The notes beneath the pieces were generated by a model. It saw only the letters and a list, made by a program, of their open reading frames with translations. It did not search any database and was not told the origin of the DNA. Shown here piece after piece: positions 13,170 through 26,744 of a DNA stretch of 64,000 nucleotides; the first letter of the stretch is position 1, and each line of letters opens with the position of its first letter. The translations under genes and the position numbers were made by a program. The DNA is from Squalus acanthias (taxonomy: Eukaryota). The stretch is from contig CM059431.1 of the NCBI GenBank assembly GCA_030390025.1, positions 140,122,001 through 140,186,000 of the forward strand, read 5' to 3'.

Positions 13170-15172
13170 TAACAATGTAACGTGTGTGTCTGCTGCAGAT
13201 TCACAATGATAAAAAGGGAGGTTTTTGGCAGATACAAAGGACTAGAGGTGTATAGAAAGTGCAGGGTGGTACTAAAAAAATAAATTAGGAGAGGGAAGAG
13301 GGTGCATAAAAAAACACTGGCGTGCAAAATAAAGTAAAATCCCAAGGTGTTTTATAAGTATAATAAGGGCAAGAGGATAACCAGGGAAAGAGTAGGGCAC
13401 ATTAGGGACCAAAGTGGAAAACTGTGTGTAGAGCCAGAAGATGTAGGTGAGGTTTTAAATGAATATTTTAAATCTGTGTTCACTATGGAGAAGGACGATG
13501 CAGGCATAGAAATCAGGCAGGGGGATTGTGATATACTTGAACAAATTAGTATTGAGAGGGAAGAGGTACTAGCGGTTTTAGAGGGCTTAAAAGTGGATAA
13601 ATCCCCAGGCCCTGACGAGATGTATTCCAGGCTGCTGTGTGAAGCAAGGGAGGAGATTGCAGGGGCTGTGACACAAATTTTCAGAACCTCTCTGGCCACA
13701 GGGTAGGTGCCAAAGGACTAGAGAACAGCTAATGCAGTACCATTATTCAATAAGGGTAGTAGGGATAAACAAGGGAATTACAGGCCAGTGAGCCTTACAT
13801 CAGTGGTAGGGAAATTATTGGAAAAAATTCTGAGGGACAGAATTAGTCTGCACTTGAAGAGGCAGGGATTAATCAGGGATAGGCAGCATGGCTTTGTCAG
13901 GGGGAGATCATGTCTAACTAATTTGATAGATTTTTTCCAGGGGGTGACTAGGTGTGTGGATGAGGGTAGTGCAGTTGATGTAGTCTACATGGACTTCAGT
14001 TAGGCTTCTGGCAAAGTCCCTCATGGGAGACTGGTAAAGAAGGTAAGAGCCCATGGGATCCAGGGCAATTTGGCGCATTGGATCCAAAATTGGATTACTG
14101 GCAGGAGGCAGAGGGTGATGGTCGAAGGTTGTTATTGTGACTGGAAGCCTGTGTCCAGTGGTGTACGGCAGGGATCGGTGCAGGGTCCTTTGCTGTTTGC
14201 AGTTTACATTAATGATTTAGATATGATTCTAGGAGATATGATCAGTAAGTTCGCAGATGACACGAAAATTGGTGGAGTGCTAAATAGCGTCGAGGGAAGC
14301 CTCAGGCTACAGGACGATACAGACGGGTTTGTTAGATGGGCAGAACAGTGGCAAATGGAATTTAACCCTGAAAAATCTGAGGTGATGCATTTTGGGAGGA
14401 CTAACAAGGCAAGGGAATACACAATAAATGGTAGGACCCAAGGAAGGACAAAGGATCAGCGGGACCTTGGTGTGTATGTACATAGATCCCTGAAGGCAGC
14501 AGGACAGGTAGATAAGGTGGTGAAAAATGCATATGTGATACTTGCCTTAATTAGACGTGGCTTAGAATATAAGAGCAGAGAGGTTATGATGGAGCTGTAC
14601 AAAACGCTAGTTAGGCCACAGCTGGAATACAGTGTGCAGTTCTTTTCGCCACACTATAGGAGGGATGTGCTTGCATTGGAGATGATGCAGAGGAGATTCA
14701 CCAGGATGTTACCTGGGCTGGAGCGTTTCAGCTATGAAGAGAGATTGGACAGGCTGGGGTTGTTTTCCTTTGAGCAGAGAAGGCTGAGGGGGGACCTGAT
14801 TGAGGTGTACCAAATTATGAGGGGCATTGATAGGATACATAAAAAGGAACTTTTCCACCTAGTAGAGGGGTCAATAACCAGGGGGCATAGTTTCAATCTA
14901 AGGGGCAGGTGACATAGAGGGGTTTTGAGGAAAAACTTCTTCACCGAGAGGGTGGTTCGAATCTGGAACTCACTGGCTGAAAGAGTGGTAGAGGCAGGAA
15001 CACTCTCAACATTCAAGAAGCATTTAGATGAGCACTTGAAACGCGATAGCATACAAGGCTAAGGATCAAGTGCTGGTTAATGGGATTTTAATAGACAGGG
15101 CTTGATGGCCGGCGCGGACACGATGAGCCGTAGGGCCCCTTTCTGTGCTGTATAACTCTATGATTCTATGAC
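13170..15172 (+). mobile_element. CR1 LINE, 5'-truncated, with 3' tail
   Basis: KSPGPDEM, QHGFVRGRSCLTN, FADDTKIGG, LVRPQLEY; tail tataactctatgattctatgac; internal stops. Confidence 0.95.
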
Positions 15173-16016
15173 ACTAAATGTAACTATGGAAAGTCAGTAC
15201 TCATTACCCCAGTAGCTCAGGCGATTGATGTTCAGGGATAGTTTAATTCGGCAGTTAAATTGTTAATGTCCTAACATACAGAAACAGCCTTCTCTCAGCT
15301 CACTGACGAGATACTGGCTCGGGGACCCTGGGCTCAAAGCGCAAATATCAGTAAATGAATGGAACTTTTATCAACCAATGTCCCAGATCGAAAAGTAACA
15401 ATTTCTATATAACCATGTCTGTTTTACTGAACTTCCCTATAACAGGAAGGGATAAAATGGTATAAGTAACTTTTTTCACAGTTGAAGCGGCAGCGAAATG
15501 TCAAACCGGCTGGATTTGATTTGACCAGAATTCTGGCTCCCTGTTCTGAAGCGAATAAGGAATGTTTGAGTTGAAATCCACCCTGAGGGCGGGCAGCAGA
15601 TTTCACACAGAGGGCGGAGCTCCAAGTCTCACAGAACAAGGATCAGATCAAATTCACAATTTGTGACTTGCTCAAATCAAACAAGGAACCTCTGCATGAT
15701 CGATTCTAATGAAATAACAAGGATATAACTCGCAAAATCTACACGGAAATAAAGACAGAAAATCCTTGCGGGATCAAAGTAAGATTAATGTAGCTTCTAA
15801 GAAACATTTCTGTGTTTTATTCTTCCTTTTCTCCCTTTACTCTTCCTCTCGAAAGCCTATTTCCCGCGGTTTGATATGTTCTCCAGCACCGGGGTTGCGG
15901 CTATTCTGTGAGTGAGGGCTCAGACTGTGATTGAGGACATTCCATGTTACACCTGGGATTTCAGGGCTAAACCCACCCCTGGTCTCCCCCAGTTTCCCCA
16001 CAGACACATTTTAAAG

Positions 16017-16266
16017 AGAAGTCGCACAACACCAGGTTATAGTCCAACAGCTTTATTTGAAATCACAAGCTTTCGGAGCGCTGCTCCTTCGTCAGGTGAA
16101 GTGAAGAAATAAGTGAAAAATGAAGGTATTTCTTTACTTCACCTGACGAAGGAGAAGCGCTCCGATAGCATGTGATTTCAAATAAAGCTGTTGGACTATA
16201 ACCTGGTGTAGTGTGACTTCTCACTTTTCCATCATATTCCAACACCGGCATCTCCGCATCATGGAT
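16017..16266. mobile_element. Penelope-like element terminal (pLTR) foldback insertion with 9-bp target duplication
   Basis: Inverted repeat 16016-16111 / 16127-16222; ATTTTAAAG at 16008-16016 and 16267-16275; absent from the other unit copies. Confidence 0.8.
16063..16099 (-). ncRNA. Minimal type I hammerhead ribozyme motif (Penelope-associated)
   Basis: Minus strand reads UCAC-CUGACGA-A-GGAGC agc GCUCC-GAAA-GC-UU-GUGA: conserved core, helix II, palindromic AAGCUU helix III, helix I UCAC/GUGA. Confidence 0.75.
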
Positions 16267-18414
16267 ATTTTAAAGGGGTTGCGGGACAGAAAGCAGGAAC
16301 ACGAACTCTGGGGATTTACCCCACCTAAGGTCAGCGGCGCCTCCTTCCCATGTTAGAATTTGCAGTTCAGTAAATAGGGTTTGAAACCTGGTCCATGGAA
16401 CTCTGTGCGGACTTTTACTCACTGAACCGTTTGGTGTCCAGCAGTTTTATTTAACTGATCAAAGGCGGGACCAGCAGTTCAGACCCAACACACGGTTCAG
16501 GTCAGTAAAGGGTTAACACATTCGCACTGGCCGATTATCGCTCTGTGCCGAGCACCTGGAAAATCAACCTCTGGTTACCTGAGGTCGGACTGAACACGAG
16601 ACCGTCACAGGATCGGAGCAACTTCGGAGATGAAACTACTCCCCGATTAATTATAATAATAAAATGCTTTATAATCGAGAAATCACTGTTTAACTCAGTC
16701 AGGAACGCCCGTGAAATAGGTGAGAGAATGGGGCAGGGACTTTTGTTTTTGCTGAAATAAATTCATGTTAATGAGGCGGTTATTGTCAAACTGGGCGAAA
16801 AATCAGACAGACTGATCCCTTTAGACAGAAAAAAACTTCAGGAATGTTTTACATTAAATCAGTTTCAGGTTGAAACCACCTTTCACTCAGACTGGAGGAA
16901 ACCAATTAATCATCTTCGTATTAAAAGTGCTTACTCCAATTATTAACAGGTGGCAGGGCACCGGGGCTTTTAACAAATCTCTGTTTTGCTGAACTTCCCT
17001 GGAAGAAGAGATGAAGTAAATTTTATAACTAAATTTGTTCGCAGTTGAAGCGGCAGCGAAATGTCAAACAGGTTGGATTTGATTTGACCAGAAAGGCCGC
17101 TCCCTGTTCTGAAGCGAATGAGGAATGTTTGAGTTGAAATCCATCCTGAGGGCGGGCAGCAGCTTTCACACAGAGGGCGGAGCTCTGAATCTCACAGAAC
17201 AAGGATCCGATCAAATTCACAATTTGTGACTTGCTCAAATCAAACAAGGAAGTTCTGCATGATCGGTTCTAGTGAAATAACAAGGATGTAACTCGCAAAA
17301 TCTACACGGAAATAAAGAGACAGAAAATCCTTGCGGGATCAAAGTCAGGTTAATGTAGCTTCTAAGCTTCATTTCTGTGTTGTATTCTTCCTCTTCTCCC
17401 TTCAGTCTTCCTCTCTAAAGCCTATTACCCGCGGTCTGATAAGTTCACCAGCACCGGGGTTGCGGCTATTCTGTGAGTGTGGGTTCAGACTGTGACTGAG
17501 GACAGTCCATTTTACTCCTGAGATTTCAGGGCTAAACCCACTCCTGGTCTCCACCAGTCTCCCCACAGACACATTTTAAAGCGGATGCGGGACAGAAAGC
17601 AAGAACACGAACTCTGGGGATTTCCCCCAGCCAAGTCCAGCGGTTCCTCCTTCCCATGTTAAAATTTGCAGTTCAGTAAACAGGGCTGGGAACCTGGTCC
17701 TTGGAACTCAGTGCGGACTTTTACTCACTGAACCGTTTGGTGTCCGGCATAGTTTTATTTAACTGATCAAATGCGGGACCAACAGTTCAGACCCAACACA
17801 CAGTTCAGCTCAGTAAAGGGTTAACACATTAACACTGGCAGATTATCGCTCTGTGCCGAGCACCTGGAAAATCAGCCTCTGGTTACCTGAGGCCGGTCTG
17901 AACACGATCCCGTCACTCGATCGGAGCAACTTCGGAGATAAAACTACTCCCCGAATAATTATAATAATGAAATGCTGCATAACCGAGAAATCACTGTTTA
18001 ACTCAGTCAGGAACGCATGTGAATTAGGTGAGAGATTGAAGCAGAGACTTGTGTTTTTGCTGAAATGAATTAATGTTAATGAGGCGGTTATTGTCAAACT
18101 GGGCGAAAAATCAGACAGACTGGTCCCTTTTGACAGAAACAAACTTCAGGAATGTTTTCGACTTAAATCGGTTTCAGGTTGAAACCACCTTACAGTCGGA
18201 GAGTAGGAAACCAATTAATCATCTTTGTAGTAAAAGTGATTACTCCAATTATTAACAGGTGGCAGGGCCCCGGGGCTTTTATAACATCTCTGTTTTACTG
18301 AACTTCCCTGGAAGAAAAGATGAAGTAAATTTAATAAATAACTTTGTTCACAGTTAAAGCGGCAGCGAATTGTCAAACCGGTTGGATTTGATTTGACCAG
18401 TGAGGTCGCTCCTT

Positions 18415-18790
18415 GTTCTGACGCCAATGAGGAATGTTTGAGTTGAAATCCACCCTGAGCGAGGGCAGCAGCTTTCACACAGAGGGCGGAGCTCTGAATC
18501 TCACAGAACAAAGGATCAGATCAAATTCACAATTTGTGACTTGCTGAAATCAAACAAGGAACTTCTGCATGATCGGTTCTAGTGAAATAACAAGGATGTA
18601 ACTCGCAAAATCAACACGGAAATAAAGAGACAGAAAATCCTTGCGAGATCAAGGTAAGATTAATGTAGCTTCTAAGCTTCATTTCTGTGTTTTATTCTTC
18701 CTTTTCTCCCTTTACTGTTCCTCTCTTAAGCCTATTTCCCGCGGTTTGATATGTTCTCCAGCACCGGGGTTGCGGCTATTCTGTGAATGA
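18415..18790 (+). promoter_or_regulatory. Putative CCAAT/GC-box promoter with two small non-coding exons (representative copy of the 1.3-kb unit)
   Basis: TGACG-CCAAT at 18419-18428, GGGCGG at ~18484, donor AAG|GTAAGA at 18654, 77-nt pyrimidine-rich intron ending TAAG at 18730, exon 18731-18782, donor GTGAAT (GTGAGT in other copies). Confidence 0.45.
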
Positions 18791-18914
18791 GGGCTCAGCA
18801 TGTGACTGAGGACAATCATTTTACACCGGGGATTTCAGGGTTAATCTCACTCCTGGTCTCCACCAGTCTCCCACAGACACATTTTAAAGCGGTTGCGGGA
18901 CAGAAAGCCGGAAA

Positions 18915-19265
18915 GAAGAAAGAATGAAAAACTTGCATTTTTATAGAGCGCCTTTCACGACCACCGGACGTCTCAAAGCGCTTTACAGCCAATGAAGTAC
19001 TTTTTTGAAGTATAGTCACTCTGGTAATGTGGGAAACGCAGCAGCCAATTTGCGCACAGCAAGCTCCCACAAACAGCAATGTGATAATGAAAGGATATTC
19101 GTTTTTTTTTATGTTGGTTGCGAGATAAATATTGGCCAGGACACTGGGGATAACTCCCCTGCTCTTCTTTGAAATAATGCCATTGGATCGTTTCCGTCCA
19201 CCTGGGAGTTCAGACGGGGCCTCGGGTTAACGTCTCATCCGAAAGACGGCACCTCCGACAGTGCA
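18915..19265 (-). mobile_element. Deu-domain SINE (SacSINE1/AmnSINE-like), lacking its 5' head
   Basis: Reverse complement of gtcggaggtgccgtctttcggatgagacgttaa...gtgggagcttgctgtgcgcaaattggctg...aaatgcaag tail. Confidence 0.8.
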
Positions 19266-20469
19266 GATGAACTCTGGGGCTTTATCCATTGTGGTCCTGC
19301 GGCGCCTCCTCCCTATTGTAGAATTCACAGTTCAGTCAGACAGGGGTGCGAATGTGATCCATTCTTACTCCGTATGCTTTTATTTTTTTACAGTAACGCG
19401 CTGTGTTTTTACTCACCGAACTGTTTGGTGCCCAATATATTTAACTTAACTGACAACGGCGGGGCCCGTAGTTCAGACCGAACACACAGTTCAGCCCAGT
19501 TAACTGATTGGCACTGGCCGATTTCCGCTCTGTGCTGAGCATCTGGAAAATCAACTCAAATTACCAAAAGGTAGCAAGGATCATTAATCTGTAGTTAAAA
19601 TGTAAATGTTGAAACTAAACTTGTGTAACTAATAATGTGGTGGAATGCAAGTTGGTGCTGTTGCGTGTTTATTATACCAGTGACAGCCTGACTTAAGCAG
19701 CAAATAATTGAATTTTACAAGTTCTGAAACTTGGTTATAAATTAAAGTCAGAAAATAACTTGAACTATAGTTTGGAGAAATCACTGATCCGAGACTGATT
19801 CACTTTTACATTTCCCCAGTGGGGAAAGGAAATGACGCTGACTGAGAGTTTGATTAGACACACGTGTGTGGGCACACAAGTGGAGAATTGTGATTGTAAA
19901 ACAGCAGGCACATCTACCACTTGTATGTCTATGATCATTCTTGAGATTGTCAGAGCCCGAAAGATTCCACACATAAATGCTGTGCATCACATCACTGTTT
20001 AAAGTTACATGATTCACAACATTATATATTAGTGTTAATATTAGTGGAACAGCGGCAAATGTCCTCACCTCCTACAGTGCTCATTTGTCAGGTGCTGACA
20101 CAATGAGGGTTATGGTCAATATATTCAAATAGAAGCATCAAACAGGGCACATCTCCATGAACACACAGACAATGTCACTGCCCATAAAGACCAGAGGAAT
20201 CACACCCAGCTATATATTGTATATGCGGATAAATATCATGTTAATAAAATACCAGAATTTAAAATAAATCTCAAAACCTAAAGTATTCAACACAAATCTG
20301 TGATTAAAAATAATGGAACACCACCAGCCTGTGTAAAACCGAGTGAAGGATTATTTAATTCATCAATGATCACTCGTTCCATATTTCCATCCAGAATATT
20401 CTCGACCACAGCAATAATGATGGTTTTGACAAGCATTGTGTGAGTAAATCTGAACAACTGTTGTACTTG

Positions 20470-21125
20470 GGAAACCCCATACATACCTGGCAATATCCTG
20501 ATATACAGTGATTCCATATGCACACCTGGCCGAATCCTGATACTCTGTGAAACCCCATACACACCTGGCAGGATCCAGATACACTGTGAAACCCCATACA
20601 CACCTGACAGGATTCTGATACACTGTGAAACCCCATACACACCTGGAAGGATCATGATACACTGTGAAACCCCATACACACCTGGCAGGATCCTGATACA
20701 CTGTGAAACCCCATACACACCTGGCAGGATGCTGATACACTGTGAAACCCCATACACACCTGGCAGGTTGCTGATACACTGTGAAAGCCCCTAGACACCT
20801 GGCAGCATCCTGATACCCTGTGAAACCCCATACACACCTGGCCGGATCCTGCTACACTGTGAAACCCCATACACACCTGGCAAGTTGCTGATACACTGTG
20901 AAAACCCATACACACCTGGCCGGATCCTGCTACACTGTGAAACCCCATACACACCTGGCAGGATGCTGATACACTTTGAAGCCCCATACACACCTGGCAG
21001 GATCCTGATACACTGTGAAACCCCATACACACCTGGCAGGATGCTGATACACTGTGAAGCCCCATACACACCTGGCAGCAGCCTGATAAACTGTGAAACC
21101 ACATACACACCTGGCAGAAGCATGG
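20470..21125 (+). repeat. 39-bp minisatellite, array 2
   Basis: Same unit as 11760-12680. Confidence 0.95.
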
Positions 21126-22309
21126 CCCAGGACTCTATTAATAAATCTCTCATTACCCTCTCAGTATGAGAGCAGTTTTAACCCAGTGGTGACTCTATAA
21201 GGAGCAGGTTTATAGAGCTGATATTACTAACACTTACTGTGTTGATATTAACGCAGCTAAAACGTTTTGATTAATGACGCCGGAAATATCAGGAACGTAT
21301 ATCCTGGCTGTAAAGCTCTCACCCAGTACCGGATTAATCCAGAAAATTAACGTAGACAAACTGGGCACAGGCCTGAGCACCGCAGTTGGGGTCCTTAAAC
21401 CTGCGCGAATAAAATGGCCGGGGCAGCCAGGCCGTGTTTTTGCAGTGTTGCGGATAAAGCAGATCAGTTAGACGGACTGCACTGTGCCGCTCACACTCAA
21501 CACAACAAGCTTCTGTGCAAGTGTTGTCCTGTCCCGCCAGGTGGATGGGGGAGAAATGCTAGGACTCGGCCGGCAGAGGCGGAGACTCCGAAACGGCACC
21601 AGGGAGCGCGTTGTTCTGACCTGACTCACTGTTTACCGTCTTAAAAACAGGAATATTAATATATGGGGTGGGTGGGGGGCGGATAGAGTTTGCGATCCAG
21701 AATCCTGGACACATCAGTTCAACATTAGGGTAGGCCATAAAAACAGCAATTTCAGGACCTTTGTAATTAAATTCTGTAGATAGGCGATTTCTTGTATAGA
21801 ACTTTTGACTGACTCCGAAATAAATACACCGATAACTTTCAGGTTTCACAGTGGGGAATTTTTAGTAATTATATTTTACAAGGTTTACCCTCGATTCTCT
21901 CGCACCGATTATCTTATCTTTACGCCACTGGAATTCTGTGACAACAGATGGAGCTTAGCCTTAAATAAAAACAGCCAATCACCTCCGTTTAAAGGGGCCG
22001 TTCAAACCCTCCAGTGCTGAAGTCATTGTCCAGAAACTCCGGTTAAACTTTACATTCAACAAATACTGGAATTTATTATTCAGCAGATGATTAAATGGAG
22101 GAACATCGAAGGAGGCCATTCAGCTCCTCAAGCTCGTCCATTTAATGGGATTATTGCAGATCTTTATCTCAACCACATCTACCTGCCTTTGATTCATTTC
22201 GCCCAAAACCGCTTAAATAATAAAAATCCGTCATTCTCAGTATGAAATATTAAATAGACACGTAATCCACAATAATTGGGGAGGGAATTCCATATTTCTA
22301 CTAACATTC

Positions 22310-25300
22310 TGTGTCAGTGAGGTATAGGCGTAGATTTGTATAAGTGGGGTGTCTGTGTAAGAGCAGGTTATTGTTGTGTCAGTGCAGGGCAGCGTCAGTG
22401 GGGTGTCGGTGTAAGGCTGGATCAGTGGGGTGTCGGTGTGGGTCAGAGAGGTATCGGTGTTGGGCTGGGTCAGTGGGGTGTGGGCCTGGGTCAGTGTTGG
22501 TGCGGGGCTGAGTCAATGGGGTGTGGGGCTGAGTCAGTGTGAGGCTGGGTCAGTGTGGTGTGGGGCTGGGTCAGAGAGGTATCGGTGTGGGGCTGGGTGA
22601 GTGGGGTGTGGGGCTGGGTCAGTGTGCTGTGGGCCTGGGTCAGTGGGGTGTGGGGCTGGGTCAGTGGGATGTGGGGAAGGTTCAGTGGAGTCTGCGGCCG
22701 TGTCAGTGGGGTGTGGGGCTGGGTCAGTGGGATGTGGGCCTGGGTCAGTGGGGTGTGGGGCTGGGTCAGTGGGGTGCGGGGCTGGGTCAATGAGGTGCGG
22801 GGCTGGGTCAGTGGGGTGTGTGTGTGGGGCTAGGTCAGTGGGGTGTGGAGCAGGGTCAGTGGGGTGTGGGGCTGGGTCAGTGAGGTGTGGGGCTGGGTCA
22901 GTGGGGTGTGTGTGTGGGGCTGTGTCAGTGGGGTGTGGAGCTGGGTCAGTGGGGTGTGGGGCTGGGTCAGTGGGGTGTGGGGCTGGGTCAGTGTGGTGTG
23001 GGGCAGGGTCAGAGGGGTGTGGGGCTAGGTCAGTGTGTGTGGGGCTGGGTCAGTGGGGTGTGGGGCTGGGTCAGTGGGATGTGGGGCTGGGTCAGTGAGG
23101 TGTGGGGCTGGGTCAGTGAGGTGTGGGGCTGGGTCAGTGGGGTGTGGTGCTGGGTCAGTAGGGTGTGGGGCTGGCCAATGAGGTGTGGGGCTGGGTCAGT
23201 GGGGTGTGGGGCTGGGTCAGTGGGGTGTGGGGCTGGTTCAGAGCGATGTGGGGCTTGGTCAGTGCGGTGTGGGGCTGAGTCAGTGGGGTGTGGGGCTGGG
23301 TCAGTGGGGTGTGGGGCTGGGTCAGTGTGGTGTGGGGCAGGGTCAGAGGGGTGTGGGGCTAGGTCAGTGTGTGTGGGGCTGGGTCAGTGGGGTGTGGGGC
23401 TGGGTCAGTGGGATGTGGGGCTGGGTCAGTGAGGTGTGGGGCTGTGTCAGTGGGGTGTGGGGCTGGGTCAGTGCGGTGTGTGTCTGGGTCAATGGGGTGC
23501 GGGGCTGGGTCATTGCGGTGTGGGGCTAGTTCACTCGGCTGTGGGGCTGGGTCAATGGTGTGCGGGGCTGGGTCATTGGGGTCTGGGGTTGGGTCAGTTT
23601 GGTGTGGATTTGGTTCATTGGGTTGTGGGGCTGTGTCAGTGGGGTGCGGGGCTGGGTCATTTGGGTGCGGGGCTGGTTCATTGGGTTGTGGGGCTGGGTC
23701 AGTGTGGTGAGGGGCTGTGTCAGTGGGGTTCGGGGCTGTGTCAGTGAGGTGTGGGGCTGGTTCAGTGGGATGTGGGGTTGGTTCAGTGGGGTGTAGGTCA
23801 TGGTCAGTGAGGTGTTCTCCTGTGTCACTGGGGTGCGGTGCTTGGTCAGTGGGTTGTGGGGCTGTGCCAGTTGTGTATGCGTCTGAACCAGTGGGGTTTG
23901 GGACTGGGTCAGTGGGGTGTGGGGCTGGGTCAGTGGGGTGTGGGGCTGGTTCAGAGCGATGTGGGGCTTGGTCAGTGCGGTGTGGGGCTGAGTCAGTGGG
24001 GTGTGGGGCTGGGTCAGTTGGGTGTGGGACTGGGTCAGTGAGGTGTGGGGCTGGCCAGTGAGGTGTGGGGCTAGGTCAGTGTGTGTGGAGCTGGGTCAGT
24101 GTGGTTTCGGAGTGTTGCTGAGTCAGTGAGGTTGTGTGGGACTGGTTCAGTTGGGTTTGTGAGCTGGTCTGGCTCAGTGGGGTGTGGGAGAGCGGCTTGG
24201 TCACTAGGATTTCGATCTTTAGCTGGACCATTGTGATGTGTGCTTGGGTCAGTGGGCATTCAGTGAGGTGACGGTTCATTGGCTTGATGGTGTGCGGCTG
24301 GGTGATTGGAATGTGGGGCTGGGTACTGGGGAGTTTGGGCTGTGTCAGTGGGGTGTTTGTGCTCTGTCAGTGTTGTGTGGGGCTGTGTCAGTGAGGTGTG
24401 GGTCATGGTCAGTGAGGTGTAGGCCATGGTCAGTGAGGTGTAGGCCTGGGTCAGTGGGGTGTGGTGCTTGGCCAGTGGGGTGTGGGGCTGGGCCAGTTGT
24501 GTGTGTGTCTGGGACCCTGGGGTGTGTGACTGTGTCAGTGTGGTGTGGCGCTGTGTCAGTGGGGTGTGTGTCTGGGTCAATGGGGTGCGGGCAGGGTCAT
24601 TGTGGTGTGGGGCTGCTTCGTTGGTTGTGTTTCTGTGTCAATGGGGTGCGGGGCTGGGTCAGTGGGGTGCGGGGCTGGGTCATTGGGGTGCGGGTCTGTT
24701 TCATTGGGTTTTGGGGCTGTGTCAGTGGGGTGCAGTGCTGGGTCAGTGGGGTGTGGGATTGGGTCAGTGGGGTGCAGTGCTGGGTCAGTGGGGTGTGGGA
24801 TTGGGTCAGTGGGGTGCGGTGCTGGGTCAGTGGGGTGCGGGGCTTTGTCAGTGGGGTGTGGGGCTGGGTCAGTGCGGTGTGTGTCTGGGTCAATGGGGTG
24901 CGGGGCTGGGTCATTGCGGTGTGGGGCTAGTTCACTCGGCTGTGGGGCTGGGTCAATGGTGTGCGGGGCTGGGTCATTGGGGTCTGGGGTTGGGTCAGTT
25001 TGGTGTGGATTTGGTTCATTGGGTTGTGGGGCTGTGTCAGTGGGGTGCGGGGCTGGGTCATTTGGGTGCGGGGCTGGTTCATTGGGTTGTGGGGCTGGGT
25101 TAGTGTGGTGAGGGGCTGTGTCAGTGGGGTTCGGGGCTGTGTCAGTGAGGTGTGGGGCTGGTTCAGTGGGGTGTGGGGCTGGTTCAGTGGGGTGTAGGTC
25201 ATGGTCAGTGAGGTGTTCTCCTGTGTCACTGGGGTGCGGTGCTTGGTCAGTGGGTTGTGGGGCTGTGCCAGTTGTGTATGCGACTGAACCAGTGGGGTTT

Positions 25301-26540
25301 GGGACTGGGTCAGTGGGTGCGGGGCTGTGTCTGCAGGGTGTGGTGCTGGTTCAGTGGAATGCAGTGCATGGTCAGTGGAGTTTGGGTCTGCGTCATTGCG
25401 GTGTGGGGCTGTGTCAGTGAGGTGCGGGGCTGGATCAGTGGGGTGTGGGGAAGGTTCAGTGGAGTCTGCGGCCGTGTCAGTGTGGTGTGGGGCTGGGTCA
25501 GTGGGATGTGGGCCTGGGTCAGTGGGGTGTGGGGCTGGGTCAGTGGGGTGTGGGGCTGGGTCAATGAGGTGCGGGGCTGGGTCACTGGGGTGTGTGTGTG
25601 GGGCTAGGTCAGTGGGGTGTGGAGCAGGGTCAGTGGGGTGTGGGGCTGGGTCAGTGAGGTGTGGGGCTGGGTCAGTGGGGTGTGTATGTGGGGCTGTGTC
25701 AGTGGGGTGTGGAGCTGGGTCAGTGGGGTGTGGGGCTGGGTCAGTGGGGTGTGGGGCTGGGTCAGTGTGGTGTGGGGCAGGGTCAGAGGGGTGTGGGGCT
25801 AGGTCAGTGTGTGTGGGGCTGGGTCAGTGGGGTGTGGGGCTGGGTCAGTGGGATGTGGGGCTGGGTCAGTGAGGTGTGGGGCTGGGTCAGTGAGGTGTGG
25901 GGCTGGGTCAGTGGGGTGTGGTGCTGGGTCAGTAGGGTGTGGGGCTGGCCAATGAGGTGTGGGGCTGGGTCAGTGGGGTGTGGGGCTGGGTCAGTGGGGT
26001 GTGGGGCTGGTTCAGTGTGGTGTGGGGCTGTGTCAGTGTGGTGTGGGGCTGCGTCAGTCGGGTGTGGGGCTGGGTCAGTGGGGTGTGGGTTTGTGTCAGT
26101 GGGGTGTGGTGCTGGGTCAATGGGGTTTGGGGCTGTGTCAGTTGTGTGTGGTTCTCGGTCAGTGGAGAGTGGGGCTGGGTCAGTGGGGTGTGGGGCTTGG
26201 TCAGAGGGATATTGAGCTGGGTCAGTAGGGTGTGGTTCCGGGACAGTGGGGTGTGGGGCAGGGTCATTGGGTTTGGTTCTGGGTCAGTGTGGTGTGGGGC
26301 TGCGTTAGTGGGGTGTGGGGCTAGTTCAGTGATGTATGGGGCTTGGTCAGTGGGAGTCGGTGCTGGATCAGTGGGTGTGGGGCTCTGTCAGTGGGGTGTC
26401 GGTATGGAGCTGGTTCACTAGGATTTCGTTGTGGGGCTGGGCCAGTGGACTTTCACTGCGGGGCCTGTTCATTGTGGTTTCGGGCGGGGCTGGGTGATTG
26501 AGATGTGGTGCTGGGTCAGTGGGGTGTCGATGTGGAGCTG
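22310..26540 (+). repeat. G-rich 20-bp minisatellite (GGGGCTGGGTCAGTGGGGTGT-type) with higher-order duplications
   Basis: Same family as 1-1800; internal duplications at offsets 1401 and 2774. Confidence 0.95.
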
Positions 26541-26744
26541 GGTGAGAGTTTTACAGCCAGGATATACATTCCTGATATTTCCGGCGTCATTAATCAAAAC
26601 TTTTTAGCTGCGTTAATATCAACACAGTAAGTGTTAGTAATATCAGCTCTATAAACCTGCTCCTTATAGAGTCACCACTGGGTTAAAACTGCTCTCAAAC
26701 TGAGAGGGTAATGAGAGATTTATTAATAGAGTCCTGGGTCATGC

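Larger units (their letters stand above)
15424..18905 (+). repeat. ~1.3-kb tandem unit array, left arm (~3 copies)
   Basis: Anchor ttttaaagcgg..gcgggacagaaagc at ~16268, ~17575, ~18883 (period ~1308); paralogous short ORFs at 16545/17853 and 15424/17029/18215. Confidence 0.9.
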
